NCBI GenBank assembly: GCA_031263125.1
Contig: JAISGL010000076.1
Span: 1 to 41,187 of the forward strand
Direction of reading: 5' to 3'
DNA: 41,187 nt
Origin: Opitutaceae bacterium
Lineage (GTDB): Bacteria > Verrucomicrobiota > Verrucomicrobiia > Opitutales > Opitutaceae
Each line of letters starts with the position of its first letter. The first letter of the stretch is position 1. The translations under genes were made by a program, and so were the position numbers. The notes beneath the pieces are model-generated. The model did not search any database. It was not told where the DNA came from and worked only from the letters and a program-made list of their open reading frames with translations. Shown here piece by piece: positions 19,469 through 28,901 of this stretch.

Positions 19469-20170
19469 TCATGCGCCGCCGAGCGCCTTGTGGAGGGTGT
19501 CGAGTTCGTTGCGCAAGCGCGTGACTTCGGCTTCGAGCGCGGCGAGGCGGTGTTCGGCTTCGGGCGGGAGCGTTTGCATGACGGTCACCGACATGGGCAC
19601 GGCAACCACCTCGGCGGCGGGTTCGCCGGTGAGGAGTTGCGTCCAGCGGGCTTCCTTCTGGCCGCGTTGCGGGGCGAGTTTGCGCGTGAGCGGTTCGGCA
19701 GGCGCGGAGAGGTCGGCGAGCAATTGCTCGACTTCCGCGACTTGCGCGGGCATGGCCGCCATGCGTTCGCCGCGGGCGCGCAGCTCGGCGGTGGTTTGCG
19801 GGCCGCGCAGGAGCAACTCGGCCAGCAGCACGCGCGCGGTCGGTTCGAGCGGATACACGGCGTCGAGCGTGTGCTTGAATTTCGCGACGCGCGCCTCCGC
19901 CCCGGCGAAATGCGTGACGAGGCGTTTCTGGCGCAGGCCGTCGAGCGCGTGCTCGATGTCCTCGTGCGTGGCGCTGATGATTGGATCGCGGTTGCTGCGC
20001 TGGTTGGCGGCGTTGACGAGCGCGTTGAGCGTGAGCGGATACACGTCGGGCGTGGTCAGCTCCTTTTCAATGAGACAGCCGAGCACCCGGGCTTCGAGCG
20101 GGGAAAGAATGCTGGAAGCCTGGGGCGCGGAGGTGTCGGGCGCGGAAGCATCGGGCGAATCATTGGTCAT
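19469..20170 (-). CDS. YceH/DUF480 family protein
   Basis: LSPLEARVLGCLIEKE.TTPD.YPLTLNAL..A.NQRSNRDP, LLLRGPQT..ELR.R; start uncertain. Confidence 0.9.
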   Translation of the reverse strand: MTNDSPDASAPDTSAPQASSILSPLEARVLGCLIEKELTTPDVYPLTLNALVNAANQRSNRDPIISATHEDIEHALDGLRQKRLVTHFAGAEARVAKFKHTLDAVYPLEPTARVLLAELLLRGPQTTAELRARGERMAAMPAQVAEVEQLLADLSAPAEPLTRKLAPQRGQKEARWTQLLTGEPAAEVVAVPMSVTVMQTLPPEAEHRLAALEAEVTRLRNELDTLHKALGGA

Positions 20171-20235
20171 GCGCGCGAGCATCGTCGCGCGCATGGTCCG
20201 GCGCAAGCGCGTTGCTCAAAAAACACGGTTGCTCA

Positions 20236-20373
20236 CTGATGTTACGCGAAGGTCGGTTTTTGGCAGGGCGGTCTAGCCGGGACCGCCGGGAGGCACGGAT
20301 GACGAACGCGGCGGTCTCGGCGAGACCGCCCTGCCAATCGTCCTGCCAAAAAACCTCTTCTGCGTAACATCAG
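20236..20373. mobile_element. MITE-like element (CTGATGTTACGC TIR) with perfect 7-bp TSD TTGCTCA
   Basis: TIRs at 20236-20247 and 20362-20373; TTGCTCA at 20229-20235 and 20374-20380; internal ggcagggcggtc...gaccgccctgcc pair. Confidence 0.85.
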
Positions 20374-20377
20374 TTGC

Positions 20378-22471
20378 TCAGAAAACAAACCGCACGCCAA
20401 ACGTCACGTCGCGGCCCGGCATGGGGGCGATGTCTTTCAAAAACGAAACGTGGTTGCGCGCTTCCTGGTCGGCGAGGTTTGTGCCGCGCACGAAGAACTC
20501 GCCCTCGATGCGTTTGCCGAGCGGCAGGCGGCAGCTCACGTGCGCGCCGAGCAGACCGTAGCCGGCGACGGGCGTCTCACCGGGCGCGAGGTGGCGCGCG
20601 CGTTCCGCGGTCTGCACGCCGAGGCCGGCGGAAAACGCGGAGCCGCGATACTCCAGCGCGATGCCCGCGCGGCGCGGCGTGATGCGCGGGAGCGGGTCAC
20701 GCGTGGTCCGGTCCTTCGCGCGCACGGTGTCGGCGATGAGTTCAAGGTCGAGCGAGTGCGATTTCGATTCGTGCAGGTGAAAGATCAACTCAAGCTCGGC
20801 GCCGTAAAAGAGCGCGTCGTGCTGCGCGTAGGCGTACTCGGGCATGTCGTCGTTAATCGCGCCGGTGGCCTGCTCGAAGATGAATCCGTCGAAACGGTTC
20901 GCAAAAAGCGTGAGCGCACCGGTGATCCGGCCTGTTTTTTTGCGGAGGCCGAGGTCGAAGCCGAGCGATTTTTCATGGGCGAGGTCCGGGTCGCCGATTT
21001 CGTAGGCGTTGGTGCCGGCGTGCGGGCCGTCGGCGAAAAGCTCCTGCGCGTTGGGCGCGCGTTCGGAGCGCGCGAACGAGGCGCTGAGCGTCCAGGTTTT
21101 GGCGCGGTCGAGCGCAAGGACGGCGCCGAGCGACGCGCTCCACACGCCGTCATTGCGGCGGTCGGTGTCGGTCGTGACGCGTTGCTCCTCGGCGCGCGCG
21201 CCGAATTGCAGCGTCACGGGATGCAGCGGCAGTTCCTCGAAGAGAAACACGGCGGTGTTTTGCGTGATCGAGGGCGGCAGAAACGCCTCCTCGCCGAGCG
21301 CGGAAAAATCGCTGCGCGTGTATTGAAAGCCCCACGAGCCGTCGAGACGGCGGGCGAGTTTTTCGTGCAGGAGTTCGAGGCGGCCCTCGAGCGCCTTGTT
21401 TTTGAAAACGGTGCCAGGCTCCGTGTCTTCAAACTCGGTGTGCTTGTAGTCGGAGGCGGTGAACTTGGCGCGCGCGCCGCTGAAAATGCCGAAGGGGCGC
21501 GTGAGTTCGCCGGCGAGGTCGTAACTTTTTTCGACGAGGCGGATGGTCACGTCAGGCTCCGCGACGGCGCCGTAGTCGGTCTCGAAGCGGCGGGCGGAGG
21601 CGCCGATGTAGCCGGCGCCGGATACAAACGAGAGTCCGCCACTGTAGGCGGTGGTGGTCACGGCGCTGTTGGTGAGCGTGCCGCGGTTTTCCGGTTCAGC
21701 GGGATTCGCGTAGCCGGGGATGCGGACGTCGTCCGCGTCGCGGCGCAGGCCCTCGGCGTGCCACGCGAGCGAGTTGCCGAGCGCGCCGTCAAAGGCGGCG
21801 AGGCCGGTCCATTCGCCGGACGCGGTGCCGTAACGTCCCGCGGCGCGGCCGGTGAGCGCGGAGGCGGGCAGCGCGCCGGGGATGCGGGCATCGATGACGT
21901 TGACGACGCCGCCGACGGCGTTGCTGCCGTAGAGCAGCGAGGCGGGGCCGCGCACGACTTCGATGCGGCGCGCGAGGAGCGGTTCGATGGCAACGGCGTG
22001 GTCGGGGCTGGCGACCGAGGCGTCGAACACGCCCGCGCCGTTGTTGAGCACGCGGACGCGGTCGCCGCCGAGTCCGCGAATCACGGGCCGGCTCGCGCCG
22101 GGGCCGAACCAGGTCGAGGCTATGCCGGGCTGCCCGTCGAGCGTGGCGCCGAGCGAGGATTGTTGGGCGAGGAGGAGATTTTGTCCGGCGAGGACATTGG
22201 TGGCCGAGGCAAGCTCGGCCTGGTCGCGCGAAAACGGCGACGCGGTGACGACCATGTTTTCGAGATGCACGGGTTCGTCGGCGGGACTCTGCGCGCTGGC
22301 GGTGGCGAGCGCGGCGAGTGTTATCGGGAGCGAGAGTGTGAAACGGGAAATGAAACGGGAATTGAAGCGCGAATTGCTGGAATTGCCGGATGCGTTGGAA
22401 TTGCTGGATGCGTTGGAGGAGTTGGATGAGTTGGATGAACTGGATGAGTTGGATGAAAAGTGTGTGTACAT
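20378..22471 (-). CDS. TonB-dependent receptor (resembles the ZnuD-like metal-uptake type)
   Basis: TonB box ENMVVTA; plug GPGASRPVIRG...SPDHAV...IEVVRGPASLLYG; ELFADGPHAGT; C-terminal Phe. Confidence 0.9.
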   Translation of the reverse strand: MYTHFSSNSSSSSNSSNSSNASSNSNASGNSSNSRFNSRFISRFTLSLPITLAALATASAQSPADEPVHLENMVVTASPFSRDQAELASATNVLAGQNLLLAQQSSLGATLDGQPGIASTWFGPGASRPVIRGLGGDRVRVLNNGAGVFDASVASPDHAVAIEPLLARRIEVVRGPASLLYGSNAVGGVVNVIDARIPGALPASALTGRAAGRYGTASGEWTGLAAFDGALGNSLAWHAEGLRRDADDVRIPGYANPAEPENRGTLTNSAVTTTAYSGGLSFVSGAGYIGASARRFETDYGAVAEPDVTIRLVEKSYDLAGELTRPFGIFSGARAKFTASDYKHTEFEDTEPGTVFKNKALEGRLELLHEKLARRLDGSWGFQYTRSDFSALGEEAFLPPSITQNTAVFLFEELPLHPVTLQFGARAEEQRVTTDTDRRNDGVWSASLGAVLALDRAKTWTLSASFARSERAPNAQELFADGPHAGTNAYEIGDPDLAHEKSLGFDLGLRKKTGRITGALTLFANRFDGFIFEQATGAINDDMPEYAYAQHDALFYGAELELIFHLHESKSHSLDLELIADTVRAKDRTTRDPLPRITPRRAGIALEYRGSAFSAGLGVQTAERARHLAPGETPVAGYGLLGAHVSCRLPLGKRIEGEFFVRGTNLADQEARNHVSFLKDIAPMPGRDVTFGVRFVF

Positions 22472-22700
22472 AGTGAGTGCGGAGTTGATGTTGCTGAAGT
22501 TGCGTTGGGTTTGTTTGCGCAGTGCGCAGGGACGGGAAAATGCCGGCTGGAAGCCGGCGCTCCCAGGCGCTGACGCGTTATTTCTTATTCCAATGCGCGG
22601 TCACGTTGAGACGGATTGAAAAGCGTATTCCATGCAGTGCGGGGGCGTTGTTTGCGAAGCCCCTGCATGCAAGTCGTCTCAATTTGAAAGCGAACTGGTA

Positions 22701-23021
22701 TTACGCCAGCAACGGCGGTCCGCATTTCAGGGGCAGCAGGTGTCTGGGGCTGGCGAGGTGCAGCGCAACGGGCGCCGCGGGAAAAGTTTCACGCCACTCG
22801 ATCTCCACCGCCGTCGCCGCGGCAAGGGCGGTCGTGAGCGTGACGCCGTGCGCGAGGAAGACGATGGCGCACTCGTGGTCGGCGTGATCCGCGTCGGCGT
22901 GCAGGTGTTTGTGCGCGACGGGCGCGGCGGCAAGCAGCGCGACCGTCAGCACGAGCGCGGCCAGCCCCGCCGCGACAAGGCGGCGAAAGAGCGGCGGCGT
23001 GACTCGTGGGTTTGTGCGCAT
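22701..23021 (-). CDS. Small His-rich membrane protein, DUF2946/CruR-like upstream ORF
   Basis: 106 aa: TM helix, HKHLHADADHADHEC, Pro-rich tail ending LKCGPP; immediately upstream of the TonB receptor on the same strand. Confidence 0.7.
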   Translation of the reverse strand: MRTNPRVTPPLFRRLVAAGLAALVLTVALLAAAPVAHKHLHADADHADHECAIVFLAHGVTLTTALAAATAVEIEWRETFPAAPVALHLASPRHLLPLKCGPPLLA

Positions 23022-23276
23022 GAAGACGTGAGACGTGAAATGGAGCATTGATAATGCCAGAGGTGTCAAGTCTGGCGGGCGGACGGGCGAGCGGGCGAGC
23101 AGGTGGGCGAGCGGGCGGACGGGCGAGCATGCAGTCGGACGCGTCGGATTTTTGGCATATTGCGGCGAGAATTTGTTTGGATTGCACCCGTCGCACGGCT
23201 CTCGCATGTTGTGCGGCTTTTCATTTCGCAATCCGCATTTCGTATTCCGCAATTCGCATTCCACATTCCGCATTTC

Positions 23277-24494
23277 ATGAGAATCCGCGCCTTCAAAGGT
23301 CTTGTCCCGAAACCCGAACTCGCCGCCGAAGTGGCCTGCGTGCCCTACGATGTCGTCAACACGGCGGAGTCCGCCGCGCTCGTTGCCGGCAAGCCGCACA
23401 GCCTGTTGCACGTTGACCGCGCCGAGATCGCGTTTCCGGCGGGCACCGACATTTACAGCGACCAGGTTTACGCGAAGGCGCTCGAAATGTTTCAAAAACT
23501 CCAGCGCGACGGCGCGCTCGTGCGCGAGACCGGGCCGTGCATTTATGTTTACCGGCAGCAGATGGGCGCGCACGTGCAGCACGGCATCGTGGCGCTCGTC
23601 AACGTCGAGGATTACGACGCCGGGCTGATCAAGAAACACGAGAAGACGCGCAGGGACAAGGAGGACGACCGCACACGCCTCATCGACACGATCAGCGCGA
23701 ACACCGGCCCGGTGTTTCTCACGTATCGCGACGCGCCCGCGGTCACCGCGCTCGTCAGCGCGAAGACCGGCGAAAAGCCGCTCCACGATTTCACCGCGCC
23801 CGACGGCATCCGCCACACGTTCTGGCGCGTGGCCGGCGGCGCCGAATGGATCGCCGCGTTTGGCGCCGTGCCCGTCACGTACATCGCCGACGGGCATCAC
23901 CGCGCCGCGTCCGCCGCGCGCGTCGCCCGCCTGCGCCGTTCGCGCAACGCGCGGCACGACGGCACCGAGGATTACAACTGGTTCCTCGCCGTGCTCTTCC
24001 CCGCGAGCGAACTCAAGATTCTCCCATATAACCGCATCGTCACCGATCTCAACGGACTCACGCCCGGCGCGTTTCTCGCCGGGGTGAAAGCCGTGTTTGG
24101 GCTTGAGGAAAACGCAAAGCCGGCGCCCGATGCCGTTGGCCGCGTGAGCATGTATCTCGGCGGCAAATGGTATGGATTGCGCTGCCCCGCCGCCGACCCG
24201 AAGGCCGGCCCCGTTGACCGCCTCGACGTGAGCGTGCTGCAAAACCTGCTCCTCGCGCCCATCCTCGGCATCGACGATCCGCGCACGAGCAAGCGCGCTG
24301 ATTTCGTCGGCGGCATCCGTGGCACGGACGAGTTGACCAGGCGTGTCGACGCGGACGGCGGTGTGGCCTTCTCGATGTATCCGACAACCGTGGCGCAACT
24401 CATGGACATCGCCGACGCCGGCGAAATCATGCCGCCCAAGAGCACGTGGTTCGAACCAAAGCTGCGCTCGGGCCTGGCGATTCACACGTTCTGA
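23277..24494 (+). CDS. DUF1015 family protein
   Basis: MRIRAFKG, PYDVVN, IKKHEKTR, YIADGHHR.ASA, MPPKSTWFEPKLRSG. Confidence 0.92.
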   Translation: MRIRAFKGLVPKPELAAEVACVPYDVVNTAESAALVAGKPHSLLHVDRAEIAFPAGTDIYSDQVYAKALEMFQKLQRDGALVRETGPCIYVYRQQMGAHVQHGIVALVNVEDYDAGLIKKHEKTRRDKEDDRTRLIDTISANTGPVFLTYRDAPAVTALVSAKTGEKPLHDFTAPDGIRHTFWRVAGGAEWIAAFGAVPVTYIADGHHRAASAARVARLRRSRNARHDGTEDYNWFLAVLFPASELKILPYNRIVTDLNGLTPGAFLAGVKAVFGLEENAKPAPDAVGRVSMYLGGKWYGLRCPAADPKAGPVDRLDVSVLQNLLLAPILGIDDPRTSKRADFVGGIRGTDELTRRVDADGGVAFSMYPTTVAQLMDIADAGEIMPPKSTWFEPKLRSGLAIHTF

Positions 24495-24496
24495 GA

Positions 24497-24683
24497 AAAA
24501 GGCTGAAGGGCTGAAGGGCTGAAAAGCTGAAGAACTGAAAAGCTGAAACCGGCAACCGGAAGGATATAAATATTTGGACGCGTCATTGATGTTGCGGACG
24601 TCATTGATGTTGGCGGACGTCATTGATGTTGGCGCTTGCCTCAGTCCTTCAGCCTTTCAGCCTTTCAGTCCTTCAGCCCTTTT
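24497..24683. repeat. Inverted pair of (GGGCTGAA)n arrays enclosing three 18-19-bp tandem repeats
   Basis: 8-mer array at 24497-24549, reverse-complement array at 24642-24683; cgtcattgatgttg at 24581, 24599 and 24618. Confidence 0.8.
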
Positions 24684-24724
24684 CATCACGGCGGTTTCAA
24701 CCACCCGCCTGAACAAAATTGAAC

Positions 24725-25291
24725 ATGACAGACAATCCAAATCCAGCCGTGGCAAACGGCTCTCCGTGGCGGCGTTTTGTGACGCCCGTTCTCAGCATGG
24801 CGGCCGTGGTGCTGCTCTCAAACGTGCTCGTGCAATATCCGATAAACGCGTGGCTCACGTTTGGCGCGTTTTCGTATCCGCTCACGTATTTCGTGACCGA
24901 CATTTGCAACCGCTGGGCCGGCCCCGCGCTCGCGCGCCGCGTGGCGTGGGCGGGCTTCATCACGGGCGTGGCGTCGTCGTTCGCGCTGCATGTGCCGTGG
25001 CGTATCGCGGTGGCGTCCGGCGTGGCGTTCATCGTGTCGCAATTGCTCGACATCGCCGTCTTCAACCAACTCCGCAAAAAGAGCTGGTGGAAAGCGCCCC
25101 TGTGGGGATCGAGCGCGGCGTCGGTCATCGACACGGCGATTTTTTTCTCAATCGCATTTGCCGGCACGGAATTGAACTGGGTGCATCTCGGCGCCGGCGA
25201 TTTGTGCGTGAAGCTCACCATGGCGCTCGTGCTCCTCGCGCCCTTCCGCGCCATGATCGGCTGGCTGGGGCTGATGCCGAAAAAGGCATGA
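24725..25291 (+). CDS. VUT family / queuosine precursor transporter (YhhQ-like)
   Basis: SNVLVQYPI..WLT.GAFSYP..Y.VTD....G...ARR.., RIA.ASG.AF.VSQLLD, DT..FFSIAF.G. Confidence 0.88.
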   Translation: MTDNPNPAVANGSPWRRFVTPVLSMAAVVLLSNVLVQYPINAWLTFGAFSYPLTYFVTDICNRWAGPALARRVAWAGFITGVASSFALHVPWRIAVASGVAFIVSQLLDIAVFNQLRKKSWWKAPLWGSSAASVIDTAIFFSIAFAGTELNWVHLGAGDLCVKLTMALVLLAPFRAMIGWLGLMPKKA

Positions 25292-25537
25292 CTGATGTTA
25301 CGCGGACAGCAGGGCATAATTCCGATTTGCTTTCAAAGTGGAGACGCATCGCAGGACACATCGCAGGCGCTTCGCCTGCCTCTCCGGGTTTTGAAAGGCA
25401 CCCTTCAGACGTTCAGACGCTCAGGCGCGCTTTTGCAAAGGCGCTTTTGCAAAGGCGCGCTTGCTCTTTTGCGCACGGACTCTTTAAGTCCAAACCCGTT
25501 TGTCGTTTTCCATCCACATACATCTCCACATCTCCAC

Positions 25538-26731
25538 ATGAGCATACCGACACGTCCTCTCTCGACCTGGGCCAGAAATATAGCGCCATCCCCGACGCTC
25601 GCCGTTGACGCGAAAGCCAAAGCGCTTCTCGCCGCCGGCGAAGATGTCTGCGGATTCGCCGCGGGCGAACCCGATTTCGACACGCCCGACCACATCAAGG
25701 AGGCGTGCATGGCCGCGCTCAAATCCGGCAAAACCAAATACGCCCCCACGCCCGGCATCCAGCCGCTCCGCGAAGCCATCGCGTCGGATTACGCCACCCG
25801 CGTCGGCCTCAACGTCACGCCCGCGCAGGTCGTCGTTTCGCCCGGCGGCAAGTTTTCCTGCCACCTCGCCATCATGGCCGTCTGTTCGCCCGGCGACGAA
25901 GTCATCCTCCCCGCGCCGTACTGGGTGAGTTATCCCGAAATGGTGAAACTCGCCGGAGCCACGCCGAAAGTCGTGCTCGCCGGCGACTCGACCGGATTCC
26001 GCCTGACCGCCGCGCAAGTCGAGGCCGCCGTCACGCCAAAAACAAAACTCATCATCATCAACTCACCCTCGAACCCGACCGGCGCCGTCTACACGCGCGC
26101 CGAACTTGAGGCGATCATGGCCGTCGCGCTGAAGCACAACCTCTACGTGATGTCCGACGAAATCTACGAGCGCCTCATCTACGACGGCGCCAGGCACGTT
26201 TCGCCCGCCACTTTTTCAAAGGAAGCCGCGGAGCGCACCATCACCATCTCCGGTTTCTCAAAACCCTACGCCATGACCGGATGGCGCCTCGGCACGCTCG
26301 TCGCGCCCGGCCCCGTCGCCAAAGCCGCCGCCGAGATACAAAGCCAGACCAGCTCGAACGCCACGACCTTCGCGCAATACGGCGCGCTCGCCGCGCTCAT
26401 CGAAAAGGAAAAGACAAAAGCATCCGTCGAAGCCATGATGGTTGCGTTCGACCGCCGCCGCAAATACCTGCATGCCGAACTGAACAAGATTCCCGGCATC
26501 TCGTGTCTGCTCGCGCAAGGCGCCTTTTATCTGTTTCCGAACATCAGCAAGTTCGGCCTCACGTCGGCTGATTTTTGCGACAGGCTGCTTGACCTGCAAA
26601 AAGTCGCCGCCGTGCCCGGCAGCGCCTTCGGAGCCGAAGGCTACCTCCGCCTCAGCTACGCAACGAGTGACGAGACAATCAGGAAAGGCGTGCAACGCCT
26701 CGCCGCCTTCTGCGCCAGCCTGGAACACTGA
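25538..26731 (+). CDS. PLP-dependent aminotransferase class I/II (aspartate aminotransferase)
   Basis: [41 protein letters not shown] (PLP lysine), GAFY, RLSYA; ATG at 25538. Confidence 0.95.
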   Translation: MSIPTRPLSTWARNIAPSPTLAVDAKAKALLAAGEDVCGFAAGEPDFDTPDHIKEACMAALKSGKTKYAPTPGIQPLREAIASDYATRVGLNVTPAQVVVSPGGKFSCHLAIMAVCSPGDEVILPAPYWVSYPEMVKLAGATPKVVLAGDSTGFRLTAAQVEAAVTPKTKLIIINSPSNPTGAVYTRAELEAIMAVALKHNLYVMSDEIYERLIYDGARHVSPATFSKEAAERTITISGFSKPYAMTGWRLGTLVAPGPVAKAAAEIQSQTSSNATTFAQYGALAALIEKEKTKASVEAMMVAFDRRRKYLHAELNKIPGISCLLAQGAFYLFPNISKFGLTSADFCDRLLDLQKVAAVPGSAFGAEGYLRLSYATSDETIRKGVQRLAAFCASLEH

Positions 26732-27010
26732 ATATAAAACAGCACGGGAAAATTATACAAAAGCCGGCATCCAGCGACAAGCGTGCGCCCGGCCCCGGAT
26801 GCTTCATGACATGTGTATAAATCCGCGGCTTCTCCACGCGCACATGCCCTTTTCCCTTTGTTCGCAATCCCCGATAAACGCCCTGGCCTCCCACGTGTGC
26901 GCGGCCTGACACAAGGTCAGGCCCTGCGTGCTGCAATACTATCCAGAGAAGTAACTCATTTTTGCGAGGATTTTGTATGCGCCTGTCATGCGGCCATTTT
27001 GTAATATCAG

Positions 27011-28553
27011 TTATATGGGTAAAATATGAAAAATTCCGAACGGTTGCCGCACATGCCCGGCAACCGTTCGGAAGGATATGATTTTATTTTTCAAAATCAA
27101 TTCCCTTTTTGGTCAAAATCGCTTTTTGGTCAAAATACCCAGTGCGCGCCCACCGTCACCATGCGCGTGTAATCCTGCCTCGTCCGAACGCGGCGGTCCT
27201 CCTCCGCCACTCCGCCCGTGTCGTCGTCGAACGTATGCCACGCGCCGCTTTGCCACGACCAGCGCACGCCGATGTCGATGCCGGAGCGTTCCGCGACTTT
27301 GATCATAAAACCAACCATGCCCGACGCCGTCACCGAGTAGTCGAAACGCCGGAAAATCTCATACCACACGTTCAAGTCCTCGTTCCCGGAATCGTATTCG
27401 TAGCGGAAAAACTCCGGCGAAAAACTGTTGCTTGTCATGTGCAAGCCCGCGCCCGCGCCGGCGTAGAGCGTCACGGGAGTCCTCGGCACGCGCACGTAGT
27501 GGCGATAGTTCAACGTGACCGGCATCTGCAACTCGCGCGTTGTGTCGATCAGATTGTCGAACCGGTCGTAGCGTTGCGTTTTCCAACGTCCCACAAACCA
27601 CTCGAAACTCATTTCGCTCGTGTCGTTTTTTCCAAAATGACTGCCGTATGAAATACCGACAACCGCCGCGCCGGTATTTTCGTCGCGCAACGACTGCACA
27701 AAACCGGCTGTGAGCCGCCCGGCCCCGTCGCTCCAGTCAACCGCAAACACGTTCGCCACCACTGACACCGAAACCATCAACAACACGCAACCGCGTGGAA
27801 AAGAAAAACGCACATTCACCGGGATTTTCATGGAAAACAGGATGTTATGCGGATGTGTGACACGCGGTTCATGCAGTTTGTGCCACGCGCGCACGGGACT
27901 GGGGATTTTGGAATTTTGGATTCTGGATTTTGGATTGCGCGGTGCCGCGCGGTTACGAGCTGATGTTACGCAACCGGCAGATTTTGCGGTGGCCTGACTT
28001 TGCATCAGGCCGCGAATGCGTGGGGCCATGCAGGTAATCCGCGGCCTGACACAAGGTCAAGCACTACGCGCTGCGTAATATTAGTCATATGGACAAAATA
28101 CGAAAACTTCCGAACGGTTGCTGCACATGCCCAGCAACCGTTCGGAATGATATGATTTTATTTTTCAAAATCAATTCCCTTTTTTATTTTGCGACTGATT
28201 AACTGATGTTACGCATCCGGTTGATTCCGTAGGGCCTGACCTTGTGCAGGCCGTATACGCGTGGGATGCCACACTGGTAATTCGCGGCCTGACACAAGGT
28301 CAGGCCCTACGCACTGCGTAACATCAGTGATTAAATTGAAGTTAGGCAGTGCGTGGGACCTGACCTTATGTCAGGCCGCGAATGCGTAGGGAGCCACGCA
28401 GATAATCCGCGGCCTGACACAAGGTCAGGCCCTGCGTGCTGCGTTACATCAGTCATATGGGTAAAATATGAAAACTTCCGAACGGTTGCCGCACATGCCC
28501 GGCAACCGTTCGGAATGATATGATTTTATTTTTCAAAATCAATTTCATTTTTT
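27011..28553. repeat. Three copies of a ~100-bp unit containing a 16-bp perfect hairpin
   Basis: Units at 27011-27110, 28085-28185, 28453-28553; hairpins at 27034-27073, 28108-28147, 28476-28515. Confidence 0.9.
27130..27831 (-). CDS. Outer-membrane beta-barrel protein (OmpW/porin-like)
   Basis: Signal-like N-terminus; amphipathic strands MPVTLNYRHY, LYAGAGAG, IDIGVRW; C-terminal VGAHWVF beta-signal. Confidence 0.75.
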   Translation of the reverse strand: MKIPVNVRFSFPRGCVLLMVSVSVVANVFAVDWSDGAGRLTAGFVQSLRDENTGAAVVGISYGSHFGKNDTSEMSFEWFVGRWKTQRYDRFDNLIDTTRELQMPVTLNYRHYVRVPRTPVTLYAGAGAGLHMTSNSFSPEFFRYEYDSGNEDLNVWYEIFRRFDYSVTASGMVGFMIKVAERSGIDIGVRWSWQSGAWHTFDDDTGGVAEEDRRVRTRQDYTRMVTVGAHWVF

Positions 28554-28788
28554 ATTTTGTGACTGATTAAATTGATGTTACGCGACAGCGCCTGGGAGCG
28601 TGGGCATCTTTGCTCGCGATGCGTTTTCGAAATATAAGAAGCAGGCGCACGGCGTTTCGCGGGCAGGGATGCCCGCGCTCCCAGGGATGGACTTCGCGTT
28701 GGCCTCGCCCAATCGCGGGGGAGGCGGGTTTGGTTGGTCGCGGAAGAACACAGCGGCGCCTTTTGTACCGGCCTTCGCGTAACATCAA
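27960..28788. mobile_element. Cluster of four TIR-bounded MITE-like elements (27960-28084, 28203-28327, 28336-28452, 28572-28788)
   Basis: TIR pairs (some degenerate). 28203-28327 has a perfect TSD TGATTAA (28196-28202 / 28328-28334). The whole block is flanked by TTACGAG / TTACGAA. Confidence 0.8.
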
Positions 28789-28901
28789 TTACGAATGCGC
28801 AAACGGAGCGGCAGCTCCCAATCGTTTCGAGGCCGCAGGCCGACAGTCTGCCAAATCGGGTTCCGGGCAAAGCGAGAAGCCTGACATCCAAAATCCAAAA
28901 T

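Noticed and set aside
22668..22682. TGCAAGTCGTCTCAA as a Fur/Zur-type operator for the TonB receptor
   Set aside because: Weak palindrome, single instance; it cannot be supported without a lineage-specific motif model.
22701..24623. 640-aa minus-strand ORF
   Set aside because: Mostly antisense to DUF1015; only the last 106 codons look like a real gene.
25292..27010. Composite transposon carrying the aminotransferase between a left TIR and a degenerate right TIR
   Set aside because: The flanks GGCATGA and TTATATG do not form a TSD, and nearer degenerate partners exist.
27111..27134. GGTCAAA x2 as a CtsR box
   Set aside because: The spacing is 10 nt rather than 3 and it lies at a gene 3' end; it is better explained as a short local duplication.
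27871..27885. Sigma54 promoter for the OMP gene (TGGCACAAACTGCAT)
   Set aside because: The GG-to-GC spacing is 2 nt too short.
27011..28553. CRISPR array or canonical integron
   Set aside because: The units are ~100 bp with irregular spacing; there is no integrase in the window and I could not place attC R/L boxes with extrahelical bases.
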